Assembly: GCA_017394835.1 (NCBI GenBank)
Contig: JAFPXD010000007.1
Span: forward strand, 171,591-235,590
DNA length: 64,000 nt
Direction of reading: 5' to 3'
Source: Clostridia bacterium
Lineage (GTDB): Bacteria; Bacillota; Clostridia; Christensenellales; CAG-138
Part shown: positions 28,343 to 37,482 of the stretch, piece by piece
Position numbering within the stretch: the first letter of the stretch is position 1
How the letters are laid out: each line of letters opens with the position of its first letter
Program-made: the position numbers and the translations under genes
The notes under the pieces: generated by a model
Told to the model about the DNA's origin: nothing
The model's input: the letters and a program-made list of their open reading frames with translations, nothing else
Databases searched by the model: none

Positions 28343-29044
28343 ATGAAAGAGTATGTAGCATACTATTTTGCGTTCATGGACCTCTTGGGGTTCAAAGAAA
28401 TTGTGAAAACAAGCACATGCGATGAAATTGCTGAGATTTTCGATGAAGCGAAAAAGAGATTTGTAATAAATCAAGAAATCGGTGATAAGAGCGTACCTGT
28501 TGTATCACCGCAAGATATTCATTACTATGTAATGTCTGACAGCGTATGTATCTTTATCAGGGATAACATTAAATCAGCGCTTCCGGTTTTGACTTGGCTC
28601 TGTCTGAATTTTCAGGTTAGAATGTTGTGTCAGAAGAGGCCGGTTTTTGTTCGCGGAAGTATCGTCCGAGGGAAAGCGTTCGAAGAGCAGAACGTCTTGT
28701 TCGGCCCTGCAATGGTAGAAGCTTACCTTAGAGCTGAGAAGCTTGCTCAATATCCCCGGATCATTATTCCTATGGATTTATGCGAAGAGATCACCGACAC
28801 GACGGATAAAGCCTTCATGAATGGATTCACACATTTAGAGCAGGATGGGTTTTTCGTAATCAATTATTTGGATTATTTTAGTTTCCATGCTTCTGCAAAA
28901 GAGCACAGAGAGGGAGTAATTAATTATGTGAATCATATGATCAATGATTCTTTAGATCAATCTGTTCGTGATAAGTATTTGTACGTGCAATTCTGGTTGG
29001 ACTACTATACCAAGCAACGGGAGGCAGAAGCACATGAGCAATGA
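28343..29044 (+). CDS. Nucleotidyl-cyclase-fold (class III cyclase-like) protein embedded in R-M locus 1
   Basis: RBS AAGGAG. The ordered motifs are YYFAFMDLLGFKEIV (FxDxxGF), YYVMSDSVCIF (second Asp) and VFVRGSIVRGKAF..LFGPAMVEAYLRAEKLAQYPRIIIP. There is no GGDEF motif. The 3' end overlaps hsdM by 11 nt. Confidence 0.55.
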   Translation: MKEYVAYYFAFMDLLGFKEIVKTSTCDEIAEIFDEAKKRFVINQEIGDKSVPVVSPQDIHYYVMSDSVCIFIRDNIKSALPVLTWLCLNFQVRMLCQKRPVFVRGSIVRGKAFEEQNVLFGPAMVEAYLRAEKLAQYPRIIIPMDLCEEITDTTDKAFMNGFTHLEQDGFFVINYLDYFSFHASAKEHREGVINYVNHMINDSLDQSVRDKYLYVQFWLDYYTKQREAEAHEQ

Positions 29045-30515
29045 AACCTCTATTATCTCAAGAGTTTGGGGGATGTGTAACCCTCTGCGTGACGACGGCG
29101 TTTCCTACGGCGATTATCTGGAGCAGCTTACCTATCTCATCTTTCTTAAAATGTCGGATGAGTATTCCAAGCCGCCGTATAACAAAAAGACCGGCATTCC
29201 CGAGGGCTGCGGCTGGACGGATATGAACACCCTCACCGGCGCGGAGTTGGAAGCGCAGTACAAAAAGACGCTTGAAACGCTTGGCGGACAGGGCGGCATA
29301 CTCGGCCAGATATTCCAAGGGGCGATCAACAAGGTCTCAAACGCCGCGATACTCTACCGCATCGTGCAGATGATCGACCGCGAAAAGTGGGTATCCATGT
29401 CCTCGGACGTAAAGGGCGAGATCTACGAGGGTCTGCTGCAGAAGAACGCCGAGGACGTGAAATCCGGCGCAGGGCAGTACTTCACGCCCCGCGCGCTGAT
29501 ACAGGCAATGGTCGCCTGCATCCGTCCGGAGCCTATGAAGACCATCGCGGATCCCTGCTGCGGCAGCGGCGGCTTCTTCCTCGCGGCGCAGGCGTTCCTT
29601 GCCGATCCCGCTAATTATTCGCTCGACCGCGATCAGAAGGAGTTTTTGAAGAACGGCACGTTCTACGGAAATGAGCTTGTCGCCTCCACCTTCAAGCTCT
29701 GCCTGATGAATCTGTATCTGCACAACATCGGCGATATTTACGGCGCCGTGCCCGTTACCCGCGGGGATTCGCTGCTGACCGATCCGGGCTACCGCGTGGA
29801 TTACGTGCTGACAAACCCGCCGTTCGGCAAGAAATCCTCCCTCACGTTCACCAACGAGGAAGGCGAGCAGGAGGAGGAAGACCTCGTCTATAACCGTCAG
29901 GATTTCTGGACGACAAGCAGCAATAAGCAGCTCAATTTCGTACAGCACATCAATACGATATTGAAAGCGACGGGCAAGGCCGCCGTAGTCGTGCCGGATA
30001 ATGTGCTGTTCGAGGGCGGCGCGGGCGAGATCGTCCGCAAAAAGCTGCTGCAGACCACCGACCTGCATACGATCCTGCGTCTGCCCACCGGCATCTTCTA
30101 CAAGCCCGGCGTAAAGGCGAACGTCATTTTCTTTGACAAGCGCCCCGCCGGCCCCGAAATGCAGACTAAGACCGTTTGGATCTATGATTTCCGCACCAAC
30201 GTCCACTTCACGCTGAAGCAGAACCCGATGCAGTATTCCGATCTGCAGGAATTCATCGCCTGCTATCACCCGGAGAACCGCTTTGAGCGCACCGAAACAT
30301 GGAGCGAGGATAATCCCGACGGCCGCTGGCGCAAGTTCGATATTGCGGAAATACTTGGGCGGGACAAGACCAGCCTCGATATCTTCTGGATCAAGGACAA
30401 ATCCCTTGCGGATCTGGATAATCTGCCTTCGCCCGACGTGCTCGCCGATGAGATCATCGAAAACCTGCAAAGCGCGCTGGAAAGCTTCCGGGAGCTGAAA
30501 GCCCAGCTGAAATAA
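29034..30515 (+). CDS. hsdM: Type I R-M DNA methyltransferase subunit (locus 1)
   Basis: The start is moved to ATG 29034, preceded by GGGAGG. SAM motif I is IADPCCGSGGFF and motif IV is LTNPPFGKK. Confidence 0.9.
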   Translation: MSNETSIISRVWGMCNPLRDDGVSYGDYLEQLTYLIFLKMSDEYSKPPYNKKTGIPEGCGWTDMNTLTGAELEAQYKKTLETLGGQGGILGQIFQGAINKVSNAAILYRIVQMIDREKWVSMSSDVKGEIYEGLLQKNAEDVKSGAGQYFTPRALIQAMVACIRPEPMKTIADPCCGSGGFFLAAQAFLADPANYSLDRDQKEFLKNGTFYGNELVASTFKLCLMNLYLHNIGDIYGAVPVTRGDSLLTDPGYRVDYVLTNPPFGKKSSLTFTNEEGEQEEEDLVYNRQDFWTTSSNKQLNFVQHINTILKATGKAAVVVPDNVLFEGGAGEIVRKKLLQTTDLHTILRLPTGIFYKPGVKANVIFFDKRPAGPEMQTKTVWIYDFRTNVHFTLKQNPMQYSDLQEFIACYHPENRFERTETWSEDNPDGRWRKFDIAEILGRDKTSLDIFWIKDKSLADLDNLPSPDVLADEIIENLQSALESFRELKAQLK

Positions 30516-30592
30516 CAAAGAACGGAACTCTAATTTCCAGAAAGTGTGCAACGGGATCGTGCCGGGAGCGGAAAAAATGCTAAACAGCTGAG

Positions 30593-30643
30593 AAAACAGG
30601 ATCCAAAACCGTGTGCAACCGGTGTGCAACGCATCCTGTTTTT
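30593..30643 (+). terminator. Large-loop hairpin + T-run downstream of hsdM
   Basis: The 10-bp stem aaaacaggat / atcctgtttt has a 30-nt loop containing two tandem GTGTGCAAC copies. The 3' arm runs into TTTTT. Confidence 0.4.
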
Positions 30644-30725
30644 AACGATTCTAAGTTGATCCAAGTTGAAATACTGAGCTTCAAAAAACCTTATGATCAT
30701 TGGGTTTTAGGCATTTTGGGCAAAG

Positions 30726-30755
30726 AAAAACCCGGGCCCGAAAACCCGGGTTTTT
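30726..30755. terminator. Symmetric A5-stem-loop-T5 terminator-like hairpin
   Basis: The sequence aaaaacccggg-cccgaaaa-cccgggttttt could work in either direction. Confidence 0.5.
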
Positions 30756-30898
30756 GGTGCGAATAGCGATAACGGATTATTTGAACGGAGTACGATTATT
30801 CCTGCAATCAAAAGCTTTTTTTGAATAAAGCTTTCGCACGTTCGACAGCATAATTATCCTTTGCTATGCTTTTCATCGTTAAAAAGGAGGATGCACAC

Positions 30899-31060
30899 AT
30901 GGAGATCGACCGTCAGGCCAATGAGCAGATCGATTTCATTACCTCCCGGCTCGCCAAAGCCGAAGGTGTGACCACGGACCTTAAAGCAAACGATCTTCTC
31001 AAATGGATCCGCGGGGCGAACTCGGTCCGCATCCGCGCTGAAGCGCAGGTGATCCGGTAA
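30899..31060 (+). CDS. TnpV-like transposon protein, C-terminal-half homologue (53 aa)
   Basis: AGGAGG precedes ATG 30899. LAKAEGVTTDLKANDLLKWIRGANSVRIRAEAQV resembles the conserved C-terminal half of clostridial TnpV-family proteins as I recall them. Its short length suggests a remnant. Confidence 0.45.
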   Translation: MEIDRQANEQIDFITSRLAKAEGVTTDLKANDLLKWIRGANSVRIRAEAQVIR

Positions 31061-31083
31061 ACGGTGTTGAGCTGACGTTATGG

Positions 31084-31113
31084 ACGCCGGAGTGAAAAAT
31101 CTCCGGCGTTTTT
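31084..31113 (+). terminator. Rho-independent terminator
   Basis: The 9-bp stem acgccggag / ctccggcgt has an 8-nt loop and runs into TTTTT. Confidence 0.7.
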
Positions 31114-31137
31114 CACAGATCCCGATCAATTAAGGGC

Positions 31138-31188
31138 TTGACAAATGTGGTCTATGGTTATAGAATAAAGTTAGTCTATAAATATAGA
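31138..31188 (+). promoter_or_regulatory. Promoter of blaI-like operon with two TCTATNNNNATAGA dyads (candidate BlaI-family operators)
   Basis: TTGACA at 31138-31143, a 17-nt spacer, then TAGAAT at 31161-31166. The dyad tctatggttataga (31151-31164) overlaps the -10. The dyad tctataaatataga (31175-31188) lies just downstream. Confidence 0.6.
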
Positions 31189-31204
31189 ACAACCAAAAGG
31201 AGCG

Positions 31205-31585
31205 ATGACCGTGGATTATAAAAGGCTTTGCGAAAGCGATCAGAAGCTGATGAACCTCATTTGGGACAACGAGCCCATACCTTCGGGCGAGCTTGCAAGG
31301 CTCTGCCTCGATGAGTTCGGCTGGAAGAAATCGACCTCCTATACGATCCTCCGCAAGCTTATCGACAAGGGGCTTGCCAAAAACGAGGACGGCATGGTCT
31401 CCGCCGCCGCAAAGCGCGAGGAAGTCATGGGGCTTGAGAGCGCCGTGTTCGTGGAGCGGTCCTTCGGCGGTTCGCTGCCCGGGTTCCTCGTTTCGTTCCT
31501 CGGCGGCAGGCGCATCAGCAAAAAGGAGGCGGACGAGCTTCGCCGCCTGATCGACGAGTATGAGGAGGACGGTGACGAAGAGTGA
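31205..31585 (+). CDS. BlaI/MecI/CopY-family transcriptional repressor
   Basis: The winged-helix N-terminus is LMNLIWDNEPIPSGELARLC..WKKSTSYTILRKLIDKGLA. 126 aa. The stop overlaps the next start (GTGA). Confidence 0.85.
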   Translation: MTVDYKRLCESDQKLMNLIWDNEPIPSGELARLCLDEFGWKKSTSYTILRKLIDKGLAKNEDGMVSAAAKREEVMGLESAVFVERSFGGSLPGFLVSFLGGRRISKKEADELRRLIDEYEEDGDEE

Positions 31586-33576
31586 GCGCGCTTTTCCAAA
31601 CGGTGCTGAGGATGAGCCTCTTGGGAGCGGCGACGGTCGTGTTCGTGCTGCTCGTTCGGCTATTGCTCAGGCGCGCACCGAAGAAATGGTCATATCTCGC
31701 GTGGCTGCCCGTGCTGTTCCGGCTCGTCTGCCCCGTCGGTCCCAGGGCGGCGTTCAGCCTGTTCGGGCTGTTCACGCGCAAAACGACCGCGCCTGGCGAC
31801 GGTTGGACGGTATTCCGAGCCGCCGAATTATTCAATGCTTTCGAAGCCGTGCCGCAGACCTCCGTTCCGGCGGAGACCGCCGCGCCGTATGAAGCCGTGC
31901 CCGCCCAGCCCGCATTCGATTGGATGAAGCTGATCGCGTTCTTCTGGCTTATCGGGATGCTTGCGCTCGCCGTGATCTCCGCCGTCAAAACGGTCGAGCT
32001 TATAAAAAAACTGCGCGGAGCCCGAATGACGGGCGGCGTTTACGAATCGGCAAAGGTCGTTTCGCCCTTCGTTTTCGGCATTTTCCGCCCGCGTGTGTAT
32101 CTGCCCGCCAGTCTCGACGCGGAGACAAAGGGCATTATCATCGCCCATGAAAACAGTCATATCAGGAGGGGCGACCATATAGTAAAGCTCATTGCGTTCG
32201 CCGTGCTCTCGGTGCATTGGTTCGATCCGTTCGTCTGGCTCGCGTTCCTGCTGATGACGCGCGATATGGAGATGAGCTGCGACGAAAGCATCATCGCCCG
32301 GGATCCGAAGCTCAAGAAGCAGTACGGAAAAGCGCTTTTGAGGTTTGCCGAAACGCGGGAGAGCGGCTTCCCCTCCCCCTGCCCGGTATCGTTCGGCGAA
32401 ACGTGCGTTAAGGCCCGCATTAAAAACGTGCTGGGCTATAGGAAACCGAAAAAGCTCGTTTGCGTCATCGCCGTGCTGCTTATAATAGCCGCAGCGACCG
32501 TCTGCATCACCGATCCGGCCGTCAAGGCCGCCGCCGGTCCGGAGGATACGCCGCAGGTCCTGCCGACTCAATTGCCGGTTCCGGCTGCGACCTCATTCCC
32601 GGAGCCGACCGTATCGCCGGAGCCCGGGGAGCCGGCTGCCGCATTTGCGGATCCGCTCGTTGAAAAGGCGGTGCTGGCGCAGCTCGGGCGCGAAAGCGGT
32701 CCCGTGTATGGATCCGAGCTTTTGAGGATATCCGGGCTTGCGCTCTGTGAAGGCCGGTTCGATGATCTGTCCGACCTTGACAAGCTGCCGAATCTGTTTT
32801 CCTTATTCTTGGTCGAAGCGGAGATATCGGACACAGCCTCCCTCGCCCGGCTTTCAAATCTCAGGCACCTTGTAGCATGGGACTGCAGTTTTTCCGATAT
32901 ATCGTTCCTTGCGAGAACGACGAAGCTGACCGTGCTCCGGCTGGTCCACTGCGGCCTGACGGACGTCTCCCCGCTTGCCGGGCTAAGCGCTCTTGATGTG
33001 CTCGATCTCACCGGCAATCGGATAACGGATCTATCACCGCTTATGGGGCTCGGCGGTCTTGCACAGCTTACGATATCGTGGAACCCGTTCCCGATCGGGC
33101 AGGCGGAAGCGCTCGACGCCGCACTTGGATGCACCGTTCGGCACTCATCCGCCGCTGATGAAAACGCGATGCTTTGGCCGCTCGATATCGACGGCGACGG
33201 CAAGGATGAATACGCGGCGATCGACCGGAAAGAGCTCGCCGCGGGCAGCACTTGCGCGGTGCTGCTTGACGACGACATGAGCTATATCGCAAGCCTTTCG
33301 TCTGTCGGCGTCACACAAAACGGCGAGCGCGTGTGCATTGCCGCAGTGCATGACGAGCCCTTCGGAGACTGCATACTCATCTGCTTCATGGACAGGGAGA
33401 ACGCGCTCCCGACCTATAATCTGCTGCATGTCAGCGGCGGAATGCTCTGCTCCGTCGAGCATCAAAGCGGCGAAACGGACCGCGACCGCCTGCTGGCACT
33501 GTATAGAAAGAGTTCGATCATAGTCTGTACGGATGAACGGATAAGCGAAAGCTTATCTTCGTCTGCGAACGACTGA
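31582..33576 (+). CDS. BlaR1-type M56 peptidase signal transducer with C-terminal leucine-rich-repeat domain
   Basis: It has N-terminal TM helices, the M56 HExxH block IIAHENSHIRRGDH and a Pro-rich linker. These are followed by about 6 LRRs (LSNLRHLVAWDCSFSDISFL..LTVLRLVHCGLTDVSPLAGLSALDVLDLTGNRITDLSPL). Confidence 0.8.
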   Translation: MSALFQTVLRMSLLGAATVVFVLLVRLLLRRAPKKWSYLAWLPVLFRLVCPVGPRAAFSLFGLFTRKTTAPGDGWTVFRAAELFNAFEAVPQTSVPAETAAPYEAVPAQPAFDWMKLIAFFWLIGMLALAVISAVKTVELIKKLRGARMTGGVYESAKVVSPFVFGIFRPRVYLPASLDAETKGIIIAHENSHIRRGDHIVKLIAFAVLSVHWFDPFVWLAFLLMTRDMEMSCDESIIARDPKLKKQYGKALLRFAETRESGFPSPCPVSFGETCVKARIKNVLGYRKPKKLVCVIAVLLIIAAATVCITDPAVKAAAGPEDTPQVLPTQLPVPAATSFPEPTVSPEPGEPAAAFADPLVEKAVLAQLGRESGPVYGSELLRISGLALCEGRFDDLSDLDKLPNLFSLFLVEAEISDTASLARLSNLRHLVAWDCSFSDISFLARTTKLTVLRLVHCGLTDVSPLAGLSALDVLDLTGNRITDLSPLMGLGGLAQLTISWNPFPIGQAEALDAALGCTVRHSSAADENAMLWPLDIDGDGKDEYAAIDRKELAAGSTCAVLLDDDMSYIASLSSVGVTQNGERVCIAAVHDEPFGDCILICFMDRENALPTYNLLHVSGGMLCSVEHQSGETDRDRLLALYRKSSIIVCTDERISESLSSSAND

Positions 33577-33609
33577 CAAGCCTCAACACAGCAAAAAGGA
33601 GAATACGGT

Positions 33610-35043
33610 ATGTTTGAATTGAAAGCCAAAAGGCTTGCAAGCGTGTTTCTTGTACTCATAATCGCGCTCTTTGCCGGGTGCTCGGGCGTAAAGATCGATC
33701 CGCTCGCGCCGGATCCGACGGCGAGCGCCGCTTCTCCCGTGCCCATTCCCACGGAAAAGGCTTCCGATACCGCCTCGCCCGCTCCGACACAAGCCGCGCC
33801 CGATAAGATAGGACCGCCCTCGGACTTTTTCAGTCTTACGATGCGGGAATCATACGAAAAATACGGCATTTTCTCGGCTTTTGCATTCGTATCCTATGAG
33901 AACTTCTATGATGACGGAAAGTTTTATTCCGTGCGCTACGTCAACGAAGACGCCGCCTCTCCTTACGCGGCTTCAACGCTGAAATACCGCGAGTATCCGG
34001 ACGGCGACGCCTGGCTGCCGGTCTGTTCCGATCCGCTCTGCACCCACACGGGGGCGGCGGGCTGCCCGCTTGCAAAATGCGCCAATCTCTTTTCGTTTGC
34101 CATGCTCGACGGCAAGGTGTTCTTTATGGGGCCCGACGACGCGCTGTATCGTTATGATCCGCTGACGAACAGCAGTGCAAAGCTCATGGATCGATGCCGT
34201 GAATGGAGGCTTTTCAAGCAGGACGGCTCCATCTACGTCGTCTATAAAATCGAAGACGATGCGTTCAACGCCCGGTTCGCCGCCTTAAAGGCGGAAGCGG
34301 ACGGCAGCATAACGGAGCTTGGGAGCGTTAGCGGGCTGTTCACAACGCAGCAGAACCCCGTGTATGCCGACAGATACCTTATCGATTCCCGATTCGATCC
34401 CGAAAACACCCATAATAAAGCGGTCATGTATCTTCGGGATCTTGAGACGGACGAGCTGCGCGAGGTTTTGGAGCTCGATTATTCCGATGCCGGCAGTATC
34501 ATCCCCGAATGGGCGTACGCAGTTGCGGTATACGGCAGCCGGGTGCTTTTCAGGGTCTCTTACATGATCGGGGACTCCGAAACGAGCTCCGTGCGGAATG
34601 ATGAATACTGGCTTTTCGATATCGCCTCCGGTGAAAAACGCCTGCTTTGCAGCGGAGACGATCTGGGCACAAATCTGCTGTATTCCGGCAAGTGCATCGT
34701 GTTCTGCGATGAACGGACCGACGACGCCGATCCGTTCCTGCTGCATCTGCTGTTTGTCGATACGGGCGAGGAGCAGGTGTTCGATCTCGGCGCCGCCGCC
34801 GGGCGGGAGGGTGCGCTGATCACCGAAAATGCGGATCTGATCTCGCTCAACAAGGGCGCCGTTCAGCTTCAATGCGTCTATGCAATGCAGGACGGGATCG
34901 ATGACGAAGGGAAGCCCGTCTACGATATGACGCCGTATCCCCTGCTGGACTATGATCTTGCGTCGGGCCGGATCTTCTTCTACGATAAGCCCGAGCTGCC
35001 CGAATTCTACGGCCTGACTTCGCAGGGGAGCGGAGAAAGCTGA
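33610..35043 (+). CDS. Lipoprotein, function unknown
   Basis: It has a signal peptide with the lipobox LFAGC and a Pro/Ala/Ser linker. The 400-aa body has repeated aromatic/Asp strands suggestive of a beta-propeller. No catalytic motif was recognised. Confidence 0.55.
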   Translation: MFELKAKRLASVFLVLIIALFAGCSGVKIDPLAPDPTASAASPVPIPTEKASDTASPAPTQAAPDKIGPPSDFFSLTMRESYEKYGIFSAFAFVSYENFYDDGKFYSVRYVNEDAASPYAASTLKYREYPDGDAWLPVCSDPLCTHTGAAGCPLAKCANLFSFAMLDGKVFFMGPDDALYRYDPLTNSSAKLMDRCREWRLFKQDGSIYVVYKIEDDAFNARFAALKAEADGSITELGSVSGLFTTQQNPVYADRYLIDSRFDPENTHNKAVMYLRDLETDELREVLELDYSDAGSIIPEWAYAVAVYGSRVLFRVSYMIGDSETSSVRNDEYWLFDIASGEKRLLCSGDDLGTNLLYSGKCIVFCDERTDDADPFLLHLLFVDTGEEQVFDLGAAAGREGALITENADLISLNKGAVQLQCVYAMQDGIDDEGKPVYDMTPYPLLDYDLASGRIFFYDKPELPEFYGLTSQGSGES

Positions 35044-35044
35044 A

Positions 35045-37471
35045 ATGAGGCTTTTATTCAACGAGATAAAAAAGCTTGCGGACGCAAGGCTTCATATCGT
35101 GATCCCCGCGATACTGCTCATCGCCTGCGCCGCGGTCTGCTTTTTGACGGTCCCCAGCAGCGGCGGGTATTCTGGCGCTGCGGCGGACCGGGCGGCGGAG
35201 GAGTTCTGTGCCGCATTCTCTGACGACCCCGAGGGGCTCGATGTGTTCAAAGAGCGTTATCACGAGGCGGTCAAAGCCAAAACCGGGGAGTTGCTCCAAA
35301 AATACGGCGACGCACTGCCGGATCTTCACAAGCATCCGGAGCTGCTTTACACCTTCGTTTTCAGCCCAGATATGCCGGACAGCCTGCTGCTTCGGGGCTT
35401 TGAGGAGACCGAGGCGAGAACGAGCGAATACAGAACGGGCGTTGCGACCGTTATAGCGCAGGCCGTGACCAATATGGAGCGGCTGAAGCAGGACGCCGGC
35501 GCGGGGCTTTCCGATCCGCTCTACCAATATCAGGCATACGCCTATCTGAAATACGCGAACGTGCGTGATAATGCCGCCGTCGGCATAGCCCGGGTCCGCG
35601 GATGGGATACGCTCTTTTCATGGAACTACGGCGGGATATTCCTGTTCGCCTCGCTCATCATATTTGCAAACGCGGTGTTCATCCCCGAAAAGCAGCGCGG
35701 GATGTTGCCAGTGCTTCGCACTGCAAAGCGCGGCAGGCTCGCGTCCGCCACGGCAAAGACCGCGCTGCTGATCGCCGGCGATACGATCCTGTCGCTTCTT
35801 TTTGCGCTCATTCCGTTCTCGGTCATCCTTATAAAGCAGGGCTATTCCGATCCGAATGCCGTCGTGCAGAACATCCGCGCGCTCGCCCTCTTTCCCGAGG
35901 TGTGGAGCATAAAGCGGTTCTTCCTGTACGATCTCGGCGTTAAGCTCCTCGCCGGCACGGCTTTCGGCGCGCTCTGCGGGGCGGTCTCGCTTTTGACATA
36001 CGAGCTCGTTTCTTCCCTCGCCCTCGGGAGCCTGCTTTACGGCGTTTCGTTCGCCTGCTCGAATGTGAGCGCGGCACGATTTCCGCTCGTTCATGCGCTC
36101 AACACCTATTCCGCATACGATATCGCCGCCGTCTCGGACAGGCTGCATATTATCCAGCCGGGGCTGAAATGCATAAGCCTCAACGCCGCCGCGCCCGCCG
36201 CCTGCGCCGTGTGGCTCGCGCTCGGAGCCTGCGCCTGCGTGCTGCTGTTCACGTTCAAAAGGGGACGCGCCGGATCGGCGGGCGGGAAGCTGAAAGCGCA
36301 TATCGCGGCGGGGCTTGCCGCTGTCAAAACAAAAACGCACCGGAAGGAACGGCCCGCGAAGAACCGAGGATACGGCGGAAGCCTCATCGGCTGGGAGCTG
36401 AAAAAGCTGCTCTTTGCCAATACCCCCGTGCTCCTTGCGGTGATCGTACTCTTTGCCGCGTGGCTGGGGTTTCTCGCTTTCCGCCGCGTACAAACCGAGC
36501 CCAGCCGGGAATACCGCATCTGGAAGACTTTCCTTTTGATGGAGGCCGAAGGAGTTTTTTCCGGAAAGCGGGAGCTTTATTCGCTCCTCCTTTCCGCGTA
36601 TTCCTCGCCGAACACCGGTAAGGAACTGCTTGACGAGGCGCTTGACCAAGGCCGAATAACGCCGGAACAGCATTCTCGTTACAGCGAAGCGCTTAATAAG
36701 ATAACAGACGGCGAGCTTTCGGACGACCTTGGTTACGCCTCGGAGCTGTATTTCGAATACACACAGCTGGCGGACGAGGGCATGGAGCCTCACTTTACCG
36801 ACACGGCGGGCGCGGAGCCTCTTATCACTGGCGGAGCGTCGTATCCGCTGTATGCCGCGCTGCTTTTGATACTGCTTGGCGCGTACTTGAAGGAACGCGG
36901 CGGCAAGGACGCGAACGAGCATTTTGAAAGGATCCTCCGCAGCACGAAAAACGGAAGGTCGGCGACCTTCCGTGCAAAGCTTTCGGCGGGGCTCATGCTT
37001 GCGTTCGCGCTGTTTCTGTTGTTCAACGCCGCGGAATTCGCCGCACTGACGGCGGGACGTTCCCTGCGTGCGCTCTCCGCGCCGCTCTGCTCCTTCCCGG
37101 GGTTTGCCGCGGTATCGAGCCGTATGACCGCAGGCGGCTATATGGCGCTGATGTACGCCGTCCGCCTTGCTGCGGCGCTGCTGCTCGCCCTGTTCGCTGC
37201 TGCGGTATCGGCGCTGAGCCAAAGCTTCGTTTCGGCGTTCGGCGCGGCGCTCGGAATAACGCTCCTTCCGACGCTCGTCTTCAAGGCGGGGCTTGACGCA
37301 GCGGGCTTTGCGTCGTTCATGTCCTTCTTCGGAGCAAATGAAATGCTCCTGTTCTCAGCCGAAAAGCAGCTCTTCCGGTCGAGCTTCGGCGTGCTCGCTG
37401 TGTTTACTGCCGCATTTGCATCAATAACGCTCCTGCTGCTTTTCAAAGCATACCGCAAAACTGCGAAATAA
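35045..37471 (+). CDS. Large polytopic membrane protein (putative ABC-2-type permease partner)
   Basis: 808 aa with more than 10 hydrophobic segments in two blocks separated by a soluble insert. It is flanked with 1-2-nt gaps by the lipoprotein gene and the ABC ATPase gene. Confidence 0.55.
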   Translation: MRLLFNEIKKLADARLHIVIPAILLIACAAVCFLTVPSSGGYSGAAADRAAEEFCAAFSDDPEGLDVFKERYHEAVKAKTGELLQKYGDALPDLHKHPELLYTFVFSPDMPDSLLLRGFEETEARTSEYRTGVATVIAQAVTNMERLKQDAGAGLSDPLYQYQAYAYLKYANVRDNAAVGIARVRGWDTLFSWNYGGIFLFASLIIFANAVFIPEKQRGMLPVLRTAKRGRLASATAKTALLIAGDTILSLLFALIPFSVILIKQGYSDPNAVVQNIRALALFPEVWSIKRFFLYDLGVKLLAGTAFGALCGAVSLLTYELVSSLALGSLLYGVSFACSNVSAARFPLVHALNTYSAYDIAAVSDRLHIIQPGLKCISLNAAAPAACAVWLALGACACVLLFTFKRGRAGSAGGKLKAHIAAGLAAVKTKTHRKERPAKNRGYGGSLIGWELKKLLFANTPVLLAVIVLFAAWLGFLAFRRVQTEPSREYRIWKTFLLMEAEGVFSGKRELYSLLLSAYSSPNTGKELLDEALDQGRITPEQHSRYSEALNKITDGELSDDLGYASELYFEYTQLADEGMEPHFTDTAGAEPLITGGASYPLYAALLLILLGAYLKERGGKDANEHFERILRSTKNGRSATFRAKLSAGLMLAFALFLLFNAAEFAALTAGRSLRALSAPLCSFPGFAAVSSRMTAGGYMALMYAVRLAAALLLALFAAAVSALSQSFVSAFGAALGITLLPTLVFKAGLDAAGFASFMSFFGANEMLLFSAEKQLFRSSFGVLAVFTAAFASITLLLLFKAYRKTAK

Positions 37472-37482
37472 AGGTGACGATA

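Noticed and set aside
28343-29044. Cyclase-fold protein as a GGDEF diguanylate cyclase
   Set aside because: There is no GG(D/E)EF motif or I-site. The FxDxxGF .. SD .. RGxxxxG pattern fits the class III cyclase type better. This is still only a by-eye assignment.
30751-30775. tggtgcga string as a duplicated tRNA-Leu 3' end (att core) marking the left end of the element
   Set aside because: Only about 7 nt match the tRNA 3' end (tggtgcgg), which is chance level. Serine recombinases also do not typically duplicate tRNA ends.
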